Assembly (NCBI GenBank): GCA_029953675.1
Contig: JAMWBK010000001.1
Span: 1,984,001 to 2,048,000, forward strand
From: Rhodosorus marinus CCMP1338
Lineage: Eukaryota; Plantae; Rhodophyta
Reading direction: 5' to 3'
DNA length: 64,000 bases
Shown piece after piece: positions 1-9,660 of this stretch (position 1 is the first letter of the stretch; each line of letters starts with the position of its first letter). A model generated the notes under the pieces. The model was given only the letters and a program-made list of their open reading frames with translations, did not search any database and was not told the DNA's origin. The translations under genes and the position numbers were made by a program.

Positions 1-1
1 G

Positions 2-3000
2 GTTGACAACACATCCTACTCATATAGGGACAAGGTTACCAGCATACCGGTGGGAGAGTGGACGGTGAGAGTGAACGTATATGAGTTCCGATCGCTGCAC
101 GTGATTAGTTCCGGCGGATCATCTGATCCCATTGCACAAGTTACGCTGTTTGGACAGAAAAAGAGTACAAAGAAAGTGTCTAATGCGACATCCTGTGTGG
201 TGGATGAGACGCTATACTTCAGAAAAGTGGTGGATAGTCCCGCTGAATTCGCGACGGAGGACATTAAGATCGACGTGACCGACTGGGGTTTCTTCGGGAA
301 CAGACCTTTGGGCCACTTGATCATGAACCTCAAAAGCATATATGAAATGGACCATCATGAACTGTTTCGGGAATGGTTTCCTCTGATCGTACCAACCTCG
401 ATGAAGGTAGTGAATCCTTTCTCCGCTAATGGGTTTATCAAGCTCAGCATCACCGTAATGCCACCGAAGGGAATACCAAAAACGCACGCAAGCATTGAGG
501 ACAAGGAAGAGTACAGCAGATCGACTGTGCTGAGAAATACTATTGTGCGTCCACCACCGCTTCGTGTAGAAAGGTGGATCCTCCACGTGAAGCTTGGATG
601 GGCAGACATGCTGCCGAGGTTGACGAATGAGAGCGAGGAAGATGTCATACGCGGGTTTGCCGTACTTTCTCTCACAGGACGCAGGAGGATTCTGTCCCGG
701 ACCTTCATAGCGAAAGCACGAGACATTATCGACACCAACTTGGGAAGTACAACGCGAGTGGTCACGCAGAGAATGGTACTGTTCAACGAAGAGTTCCTTT
801 TCCCTTTCTACGTTGCCGACGGCGTTGAGAACTCGGAACGTGTACAGGTTAGCTTGTACCACAGGGGAAAGAACAATATGAACAAATTGATTGGTCGAAT
901 TGAACTCAGCTACAAGGAGCTGTCGGCAAACCTTCGTACGGCGGTCGTTCGAGGAGATCCTAAGGATAAGGAGGCAATTGGGGACAGGTACAAGCGGGTT
1001 GCCATGATCAAGCCCTCGTACTACAACTTCTATGGTTCTGCAAAGGGATCTCTCAATGTAAGGAAGAAGGCTGTTAGTTTCCGTGGGAGGATGTTGGTTA
1101 GCATGGCTGCTAAGCCTGGCGATATTCATGAACCAATCTCGCGGCCATGCAAGCCCCTACCAAGACCTCAGGTGGACCTGTACAGGATCGACTTCACTAT
1201 ACTGAGGGCCACTGAGCTCTCGATTCCGGACGGGGACTACGTGAGGTTGGAAGCTAGCATTGGACCCTATACTTTTGGCTCTTCGATTCCTCAGCAGACT
1301 GTGAAAGGCCTATGTGTTTCATGGAGAGAGCAAAACGTGCTGCGAATGAAGAACCTTCAGTTTCCGGCCGAGCTATCGCAGATCCCAGACCTTTTCATAA
1401 CACTCGAGACCCGTCGGCCGAACACTTCCATATACCACGAAGCGAAGGACTCGAGTGATGCAGAGCAGAGCATGGAAGCATACAAGCCCGTTGCCTTTTT
1501 GCGGATTCCAGCTTACCATCTGATCTTGGATCATGAGAGCCCGAGGTGGATGTTTATGGACTCCGTCCGGACCGATTCGACACCCAACGAGAACGTCCCC
1601 GGAAGTCTTCTGCTGTCCTGCAAGCTTACGAAGACTACCTTGGGGATGACCTACTTTGCCAAAGAGCGTGGAGACATTGAGACATCGGTTGAGTCGGAGA
1701 CAGCCGAAAACAGCTTTCACGGGGAGGTTGTCACGTCTGAGAATGAGGCGGAGATAGGCAACAATGCTGGTGGAGAGGAAAAGTTCTATACTTTGAAAGC
1801 ACTATGCTTGCAGGGCCGAAACCTCCCAGCTGCGGACCAGTCTGGACTTTCTGATCCGTTCGTGAGGGTGTCCATGGGTGAAAGATCTAAACAGGGCACA
1901 GCGTCTTGCAAGGAGACGGTGTGTCCGATTTGGGAGGAGGAGATCGTCGTTAAGAACATATCCATTCGGGAGAACGAGAAGTGTCCGAATGTGAACATTC
2001 TGGTGTACGACCACGACGATGGGCCCAACTATGATTACCTCGGACGCGCAATAATTGCGGGTGCTTCGCTGACGGACGTTGAAGTTGACCCGAAGAAAGC
2101 CGTGTGGTATGACGTGTTTGCGTTTGATCCAGAGAGGACTGTCGGTCAAATCCTGGCCGATTTCCAATTGATCCCGCAGGAGGGACTTGAGGAGGAACCG
2201 CCAGAGCCGCAGGAGAGGCAGAGATTGTTCGACGTCGAGTCCAGTACAGTCCTTCGTATGGCGTTCCTTGGCATTCGCGATGTTCGTTTCCTTCGATTTG
2301 CTCATGGAACCCTTTCTTTGACGGCGACTACCCCGGGAGATACTGAGGTAACTCGGCAGGTCGAAATTCTCCAGCAGCACGGAATTTATGACGGAGCCGC
2401 CGATCTCCTCGATGTCAGAATGCTGAGGGTTGAATCCGTGAAGGATCAAAGAGAGAACAATGTCAACCCCCCCATCACGTTCATGGTGAAGGCCAAGTAT
2501 TCCTTGTCAGTATCGAGGGATGAGGAAGTCGTCGGAAGCACATGCTTTAGGCTCGAAAGAGACTTTCTGGAATCTGCAATACCAGTTCCCGAAGTTGAGA
2601 AGCTAACGGACTGGGACAAGGACTTCTACGAGGTTAAGAACATTCCTTCCCTTGAACGATACGAGCTGCTGTCGAAGCGGGGCGTCAACTGGAGCCAGGC
2701 GACGCTTGCTCACCAGGGAAAGAGGAAGCTCAAGTTGGCACTGAGGAAAATGGCTCTTGAGGACGCATTGCAGCCGCTCGAAACGGAGACCATTAATACG
2801 GATACCAGGGAAATCGATGTGGGATACGAACGCCCAGATAAGGACAGCATGACTGTTAAGCAGAAAATTTATTTCGGGCTGCAGCTTCATCACCTGGAGA
2901 GACTGATCTTTGTGACTATTCCCTATAACCTGCGCCTTAACCAGGCCAAGTTCGATGCGGCACGTTTCCAACTAGCCGATAGCATTGCGAACGTGATGCC

Positions 3001-4927
3001 GGAGGTAGCGTCGAGGTTGGGCATTGAAGCAGGGGAGGTAGACGACATCTTGATCACTGAACCGGTCGGGGCCGATGAAAATTCTGTCCTATATGACACG
3101 TCCATTCTGCTGAAGAATCGGTATGGTTTCTGTCCTGGAGCTCTGGAGGACGATTTCAACAAGTCCATTTTCCAGGAGTTCAAGCTGTTTAGGGGTGACA
3201 GCCGTGCTGCAGACTCTGGGCTCCTTTTGGATTCATCTGGCGGAGCTGATGTTGGCGACAAAAGGGTGGTATTGGAAGAAAGGGCCCGGACAAGGCTGGA
3301 GGGCCAGAGGCCAGTGATCGGAATCTTGAAAGCACAAATGCTGCCGGTGAAGATCAATGAGGACGAACATGACCAGTCGGAGTTGAAGGACATCATTGAC
3401 AACATGAGGTTCAAGAGTCTTTCAAACTTTGCGTCCACGATGTCCCCGCATGAAGTTGTGGTTCGCATTTACATTCTGAGGGCCACCAATCTACAGCACG
3501 GTGAAGGCGATTGCAACCCGTTCTTGGATGTGGAGGTATTCGGAGGATACCCCAAGTACTTCTCGACCAAGCGGGAACCAATTCAGAAGTCCAGCAACCC
3601 CAACTTTTTCGAAACGTTTGAGAGCCGCGTCCTTATGCCCGGTGCTGCAATAAGGGTCGGTATTAGGGATAGGCGTATGCCAGAACTGTCATTCCTAACT
3701 CCCAGAATGCTAACTCGTGAGGAGGGGCGATGGGTTCGCAGGCCTATTCCGGTGGATATTAACTTGGGCAAGCGTGGAGTTGGGCAAAGCGAAGACATCG
3801 GTGAGACGTTGATCGACTTGGACTACCGCTGGTACAACTCGGAGTTCCGAGCTCTCGCGAGGCCCCCCGTGGAGCTCAGACCCCTGTTTACTCCAAACTC
3901 GGACAACTTGCGGGGCCGCCTCGAGGTCATTGTTCAGATGATCGATGCGAAGGAATATGACAGCAACCCTCGTGACCCCTTCTTCAGGCCGCTGCCAGTT
4001 CTGCTTCCGCCCAAGCGAAGATTCCAAGTCCGAATGGTGGTGTTTGGCATCGAGGATGCGTACAATCCCATGAACATCGATAAGCCAGAGCTGGTTTCAA
4101 ACTATTTCATCAAGCTCAGACTCGGGAATCGGAGAGAACAGGAGAGGTTGACTGATACCTCGAGGAACGCTGCGGATGGAACTGGAAATTTCAACGAACG
4201 TGTAATGTGGTGGATTGACCTTCCTGACCCGAACATAAGGCCGAGAATGAAATTGCAGATTTTCGATTCGAAGAAAGGGTCCGACGACCTGGTGGCGGTT
4301 ACGGATATCAAGCTTTTGAAACTGTTTGAGGAGGCGCTCAATGCGAACCACACGGTGATACGAAAAAAGCAGGACATTCTTGCGTTCCACCCTGACTACC
4401 CGCATGTTCAAGCGAAGATCAGCATTGCCCTCGAAATTGTTCCGGAAGGACTAGTGAAGGAGAAGAAATGCAACTTTGGGAAGCAGTCTTGGCACACCGA
4501 CCAGCATGAAGATTATGTGCTTCCGAAGCCATTCCGACCCGTAGGCTTCTCAATGTGGAATCCGTATGCATATATCGACTACATTATCAAGGCGACCATC
4601 ATGAAGACCCAATGGTCCTTAGTGATGGGCTTGCTCGTGTTCCCGTTCATTCCGGTGGTGTTCTTTGTCTTGGGTTGGATCCCGTGGTGGTGGTGGCTTT
4701 GCGGAGGAATCTCGGGCTCCATTGTACTCGCGCGCTTGGTGATCGTTATGATGCAGAAGGCACCACCTCCGCCAGCGAAACTCAAGGAAGAGAAGGCGTT
4801 CAAGGATGACATTATTGTTGAGGAACACGTTATTGAGGACGAGGCAGTGGCAAGTAAGGCAATTGACCCAATGCTCAGGGGAATCACCCCGGTGTCAGAT
4901 CTTCTTGAAGGGAAATCGCAGAAGTAG
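2..4927 (+). CDS. Ferlin-like multi-C2-domain membrane protein, 5'-truncated by the window edge; intronless over the visible part
   Basis: Frame is open from base 2 (VDNTSYSYRDK...), so the GTG at 50 is internal. Several C2 domains, including an Asp-rich one (AADQSGLSDPFV...VYDHDDGPNYDYLG), a ferlin C2E-like segment (YFIKLRLG...TD...GTGNFNERV) and a Ferlin_C-like segment (KPFRPVGFSMWNPY) before a C-terminal hydrophobic anchor. Confidence 0.88.
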   Translation, partial: VDNTSYSYRDKVTSIPVGEWTVRVNVYEFRSLHVISSGGSSDPIAQVTLFGQKKSTKKVSNATSCVVDETLYFRKVVDSPAEFATEDIKIDVTDWGFFGNRPLGHLIMNLKSIYEMDHHELFREWFPLIVPTSMKVVNPFSANGFIKLSITVMPPKGIPKTHASIEDKEEYSRSTVLRNTIVRPPPLRVERWILHVKLGWADMLPRLTNESEEDVIRGFAVLSLTGRRRILSRTFIAKARDIIDTNLGSTTRVVTQRMVLFNEEFLFPFYVADGVENSERVQVSLYHRGKNNMNKLIGRIELSYKELSANLRTAVVRGDPKDKEAIGDRYKRVAMIKPSYYNFYGSAKGSLNVRKKAVSFRGRMLVSMAAKPGDIHEPISRPCKPLPRPQVDLYRIDFTILRATELSIPDGDYVRLEASIGPYTFGSSIPQQTVKGLCVSWREQNVLRMKNLQFPAELSQIPDLFITLETRRPNTSIYHEAKDSSDAEQSMEAYKPVAFLRIPAYHLILDHESPRWMFMDSVRTDSTPNENVPGSLLLSCKLTKTTLGMTYFAKERGDIETSVESETAENSFHGEVVTSENEAEIGNNAGGEEKFYTLKALCLQGRNLPAADQSGLSDPFVRVSMGERSKQGTASCKETVCPIWEEEIVVKNISIRENEKCPNVNILVYDHDDGPNYDYLGRAIIAGASLTDVEVDPKKAVWYDVFAFDPERTVGQILADFQLIPQEGLEEEPPEPQERQRLFDVESSTVLRMAFLGIRDVRFLRFAHGTLSLTATTPGDTEVTRQVEILQQHGIYDGAADLLDVRMLRVESVKDQRENNVNPPITFMVKAKYSLSVSRDEEVVGSTCFRLERDFLESAIPVPEVEKLTDWDKDFYEVKNIPSLERYELLSKRGVNWSQATLAHQGKRKLKLALRKMALEDALQPLETETINTDTREIDVGYERPDKDSMTVKQKIYFGLQLHHLERLIFVTIPYNLRLNQAKFDAARFQLADSIANVMPEVASRLGIEAGEVDDILITEPVGADENSVLYDTSILLKNRYGFCPGALEDDFNKSIFQEFKLFRGDSRAADSGLLLDSSGGADVGDKRVVLEERARTRLEGQRPVIGILKAQMLPVKINEDEHDQSELKDIIDNMRFKSLSNFASTMSPHEVVVRIYILRATNLQHGEGDCNPFLDVEVFGGYPKYFSTKREPIQKSSNPNFFETFESRVLMPGAAIRVGIRDRRMPELSFLTPRMLTREEGRWVRRPIPVDINLGKRGVGQSEDIGETLIDLDYRWYNSEFRALARPPVELRPLFTPNSDNLRGRLEVIVQMIDAKEYDSNPRDPFFRPLPVLLPPKRRFQVRMVVFGIEDAYNPMNIDKPELVSNYFIKLRLGNRREQERLTDTSRNAADGTGNFNERVMWWIDLPDPNIRPRMKLQIFDSKKGSDDLVAVTDIKLLKLFEEALNANHTVIRKKQDILAFHPDYPHVQAKISIALEIVPEGLVKEKKCNFGKQSWHTDQHEDYVLPKPFRPVGFSMWNPYAYIDYIIKATIMKTQWSLVMGLLVFPFIPVVFFVLGWIPWWWWLCGGISGSIVLARLVIVMMQKAPPPPAKLKEEKAFKDDIIVEEHVIEDEAVASKAIDPMLRGITPVSDLLEGKSQK

Positions 4928-5808
4928 CCATTTAACGTTGTCGACAGGCTTGCGCTTCATCACCAGAAATTGACGGGCGTCGTCATGTACAGATGTCACT
5001 CTTTTTGTGCTTACGAGTGGTTTGGTTTTTTTGATGCCCGGCTCCAGTCGCTGATTTCCACGGGGAGGTCGTCGACCGGGTGATCTTCTTTCACCTTTTG
5101 ATACGATATCAACTAGTAAAGAACTTTGTAGTTTTGCAATTGCTTTGGTCCTCTATTATCTTTCCCAGGACACGAGTCCTAAACTCGCTCGTCTTCCACT
5201 CAGTCAATCGCTGCAGTCGCCTCGCCCTGCTTCAGAACAAGGAAAGCCGTCAGAAGTCAAAAAAAGAAAAGCCGTGAGCGCTCTGACGTGCTATGAGCAG
5301 GATGAGCCTGATGAACGAGCGACTATGTGTTCGTGGTTGATGAAGTCTGTCTGTCAGACCTAATTCTGTATCGCTTGGAGCGAGCGCAGCTGTGTACTCC
5401 ACTACTGCCCGACCCTTTCCGGCATGAAGAGGAAGTTCGACGACTCGCCAACCTGATCTCGGTTATCATTCACATCCAAGGGGCTCAGCTCAGGCAGAAA
5501 TGGTGGGGCGCCGATTTGAAGTGACCTTGAGTGGCATACTTCTTAGCCTCCGGTGGGAAAAGAGTTGTCTTCTAACATGAAAGTTTCGTGCTTCGACGCA
5601 AGGCGTTCAAAAAATAACTTTGTTTGTTTATACAACGCTCTCTTCACCCATAAAAAATAGAACTATTGCAGACGACAACCTCTGCAGGCAGGCAAAACAG
5701 TTATGCCCGAAAATCCTGAGCAAAATGTTGTCAGATGATGTACAAGTGGTGTCCAAGGTGAGCTAATCAGCATCCTTTCCACCAAATATCCTCAAATCTT
5801 CGAACCTT

Positions 5809-7314
5809 TCACTTCTGCTCCGAGCTAAGGTTCGCCAACTGGGCCTTGATAGCACTGTTGTTCGGACAGTGCTCCAACGCTCTGTTCAAAACCTTCTTCG
5901 CTTCCTCACAGCCATTGTTCCGCAGCTCCATTTGAGCCCAGGCTTGCCATGTTGGTCCCGACGACGGATCGGATACTAAGGCCCTCTCGAAGAACGACTT
6001 TGCTCGACAAGCGTTCCCTCGCTTACATTCAAACAACGCCCATGCCTGCCAACTCTGTGCATGACTGGGCTGGGCATTCGTCGCCTTCTCAAAAAGCGCT
6101 GCAGCTTCCTCCTCGTTTCCTAGCTTGGACTCCAGCAGAGCCCACGCTTGATATGTCGGCGCGCTGAGAGGATCCGACTCAATCCCCTTTTGGAAGAGTT
6201 CTCGCGCCTTTTCATAAGACTTCTGCGTGTATTCCAAGAGGCCCCAAGCCTGCCAGATGTAAACATGCTTCGGGTCGTGCTCCAGCCCGCGCTTGAACAA
6301 ATTTCGAGCTTCATCTAAGTTTCCCGCCTTCTTTTCCATGAGTGCCCACGCCTGATACACTGGTGCAATGTTTTCGTTCACGAGACTGGTACACTTCAGA
6401 CACCTTCTGTACATGTCTCTCGCCCGACCGTACTGCCTGGCCGATGTCTCCAGCTTGGCCAACGCGTGGAGTGCCTTGAAGCATTCAGGATCTGTAGCGT
6501 GAAGTTCATAGAGCATCCTCCGAGCTTCGCGGAAGTTCCTCATCTCGGCTTCAAACTTCGACCAGGCCAATACAATCGCGGAATCTTCCGGGCTTATGAA
6601 GGCCGCTCTCTTGTAGATAGCTCGGGCACGGTCAACGTTGCCGTCTGCCGACTCGAAGCTGGCCCAGGCAGTGCTAAGCCTCGTGCAGTCAGGTGCAAGA
6701 GCAGTGCCACGCTGGAAGAGAGCCCGCGCCAGTTCTTTGCTCCCGTGCTTTCCCTCAAAGGTTGCAAACGCTGCGAACAGAGGCACATGAGTGCAATCCG
6801 CCTTCATCCCGTTCCGAAAGTACTCTGCAGCAGTTGACAAATGGCCCTCCCTCTGCTCCGCAATTCCCCAGGCACACCAGGCCGCTGCCGCCTCCTCCGG
6901 AGAACCACAGTCTACCGCACGCTGGAATAGTCCTCGAGCTGTTTCCATCTTGCGCTGCCTGTACTCCATCCACGCCCATGGCCTCAGCACGGAGCTGATA
7001 TCCCCTTCCTCAACCACTGCACTATAGAAAATTCCCCTAGCCTCTTCAATTCTTCCTTCCCTACAGAGCTTTCTGGCAAAGTCCTCATACACCTCCCCAA
7101 GCGGCCTCTCGACCTTCTTCGGGGCGCTCGGTCTCTTCACGACGTTGGCACTGTCATCCAGGTTCAGACGGACCTGTCCAGTCTTGCCCTCCTTACTCAA
7201 AACACATGTCACAACTCCCTGTCGACCATTCACGCGTGGTCTCACCGCAGATCGACTGATCTCCTGACGACCACCTCGCAACCCAGCCACAAATCCAACA
7301 CCCATCCTTACCAA
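5809..7314 (-). CDS. Plastid-targeted HAT/TPR-repeat RNA-binding protein, Mbb1/HCF107-like
   Basis: 501-aa intronless ORF. About 11 repeats of the type W-x-AWA-x-LE...G...AR-x-LF-x-(R/K)-(A/G)-L. N-terminus MVRMGVGFVAGL... is Arg/Ser/Gly-rich and transit-peptide-like. Confidence 0.82.
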   Translation of the reverse strand: MVRMGVGFVAGLRGGRQEISRSAVRPRVNGRQGVVTCVLSKEGKTGQVRLNLDDSANVVKRPSAPKKVERPLGEVYEDFARKLCREGRIEEARGIFYSAVVEEGDISSVLRPWAWMEYRQRKMETARGLFQRAVDCGSPEEAAAAWCAWGIAEQREGHLSTAAEYFRNGMKADCTHVPLFAAFATFEGKHGSKELARALFQRGTALAPDCTRLSTAWASFESADGNVDRARAIYKRAAFISPEDSAIVLAWSKFEAEMRNFREARRMLYELHATDPECFKALHALAKLETSARQYGRARDMYRRCLKCTSLVNENIAPVYQAWALMEKKAGNLDEARNLFKRGLEHDPKHVYIWQAWGLLEYTQKSYEKARELFQKGIESDPLSAPTYQAWALLESKLGNEEEAAALFEKATNAQPSHAQSWQAWALFECKRGNACRAKSFFERALVSDPSSGPTWQAWAQMELRNNGCEEAKKVLNRALEHCPNNSAIKAQLANLSSEQK

Positions 7315-8869
7315 ATTTCAGTCGCCCACCACGACCCACAAAAAGCAAACCTCCCCTGCAGCTCCTCCCACGGCGCTGCAGAAGCTTCACAACAAAACAC
7401 TAACGCTAACACAAGCTTCTCTCCCAAGGTCGCCCTGCCTACCCCCCACTAACCAGTCTCCCCAGCACCCTGCTCAAAGCTCTTCCCATATAAACTCCGA
7501 AATAGCTCCAGAAACAAAAACGCCGAAAAAAACAAAAAAACAAAAAACCTTCGTTCCAACGACGTTGACCAATGTTCCATTGAACCCTTCCCCCTACCCA
7601 CCTCCCCCTCCCCCCCCTCGACTAAAACGCACGAATGACGTGAAACTCGAAAAATATGGTCAATTTTATTCTCCAATTCAGTATTTCATGTATCCGGATA
7701 AATTAAGTTCCAGTCATTTGCGACTCCCCTGAACGCCCCCTCTCTTCCCCGCACCTTTGGGATGGGAAGCGTTTTTTTGGTGGCCAGGCAAACAAGCAAA
7801 ATCATTAAAAACTGCAAAAGCAAATAAAATTTTGAACCGTCCGCAGGTATTTTTTTCTGATTCCTTTTCGTTTGCTGTATTTTTTCTTGATGTCCGTAAT
7901 ACGTTTGAAAAATGAATGAATTTAAATAGGAACAGCTGGCTCAGTGAGGTTTATTTTTTCCCCGAGATACTTCTTGCATAAATTATTCGGATAAACGATA
8001 AAAATAAAACCAAAATGGATAGATTGGGAGGGTATGCTAGAAAGACTTCGGGGGTCACCACCACCCCTTTGCAATGCTTCCCTCCCCCCCCCCCCATCGC
8101 CATTTGGAATCAGACGGGACAATATGAAAAAACTTCCCCCCCCTGCTTAACTTTTTCATACGATTATTTATCTTCTGTTATTATTGCTTTGATTTTTTTG
8201 GGAACTTGCAGGAGGGGGTAATAGCAGATGAGCTTGCAGATATTTTTTCGCATACGAATTTTAGGGGTATAAACTTCGACTGGACTTGACCTTGGAGAGA
8301 TAACATCAGACTCTATAGAACCATAAGGGCGTGTGTATTCCCCGGTTCTCCGGGGCCGGGGTGCCCCGGAGAATAAGCACGAGAACCTCGGAGATTCTTT
8401 ACGTATTTTCTTCTATTATTGTGTTTTTAGCAATATACCGTCGGTGCACTGGTTTTCCAAATAAGGGGGGGATAGGATTTACAAACCTTGAAATGCTTCC
8501 AACCAGCCTAAAATCCGTCTTTGGCGTTTGCATCCCAAACGACACCTCGATTTGAGGTATAGTTGCGCAGAATCACCACAAATTCTGCCTAATTTCATGT
8601 AAATCGCCCTTCCGCACCTCGATTTTGCGTGGCAATCTAGATCCAATCGATTCCCCCCAAAATGTCGATAAATCAATATCGCTCTCGCCCTGTACGAATC
8701 GAGTCCACTCGAGCGCAATAATTTGTTTTTTGGATGGAATACGTACACCTCGAGGAAAACCCCCGAAACAGTCAGGAATCGATGTTTAATGACAACAGGC
8801 GCAGTCGGAAGTCTTCCACTTTATTTCCTTTGGCGGTAATAGTTCATCTCGATTTGGTCCAACTTCCCC

Positions 8870-8905
8870 GCGCTAATCGGGTTGACTCTCCTTCTCTCCC
8901 ACCCG

Positions 8906-8941
<36 letters not shown>

Positions 8942-9660
8942 CTTTGGTCTTTTCCCTACGTGAGATTACTCGTACACGTGCACGAGTAATCTCGTCAACC
9001 GTTTCTTGGCTGTAGATGTTTGACCTGAGTTTGGTCAAATTCGATTTCTCGCCCGGTCGACAAAGTCGGTTGTGATTAGTTTCGAATAGTGGTTAGGATT
9101 GGTAGCACACGTGTACTAAGCACCTCGCAGCTTGAATGGAAACTGGCGGACGCACAGCAAACTAAGGAAGTTTTGGCACAGACAGAGCGCTGTTCTGGTT
9201 GACTCTCCCTCTCTCTCGCTCGTGATCGCTTCCTGCCATGTACGAGCTATCTCGTAACCCACCTTTTCGCTGTAGGAGTTGATCCAAGTTTGGTCAAAAT
9301 TAGTTCTTACTCAGTCGATAAAGTTGGTTGCGTTAGTTTCCAGTACGAGTGCGCGCGCGCGGTTGGAGGTTGAATGGAATCTGGTGGACGCACTGCAATC
9401 TAGGCAAGCTCGGCACGGATAGGCGCTGTTCTGGTTGACTCTCTTTGACTCTCTGGTGATCGCTACCTGACATGTACCCGCAATCGGGAATCTCATCACC
9501 CGCTTTTTTATCTCAATTTGGTCAAAATTGATTTTTCTTACTCAGACGAGAAACTCGTTGTGATTAGTTTCGAATAGTGGGAGGCTTGGTAGTAGTGTAC
9601 TAGGCACATTGGTGCTGGAACGGATTCTCGCGCGCACACTTCACTGCAGACTAACCATGA
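8870..9660. repeat. Degenerate tandem repeat, about 230-260 bp unit, about 3 copies
   Basis: TTTGGTCAAA at 9030, 9289 and 9517; GCGCTGTTCTGGTTGACTCTC at 9187 and 9423; GTGATTAGTTTCGAATAGTGG at 9072 and 9560. Confidence 0.85.
8908..8939. repeat. (CT)n microsatellite
   Basis: About 16 uninterrupted CT units. Confidence 0.95.

Noticed and set aside
16-4887. Many antisense and alternate-frame ORFs within the ferlin CDS
   Set aside because: Shadows of a long coding sequence; no independent motifs.
5080-5524. Short plus-strand ORFs with one plausible intron after the ferlin stop
   Set aside because: No ATG-containing, phase-consistent model and no recognisable motif.
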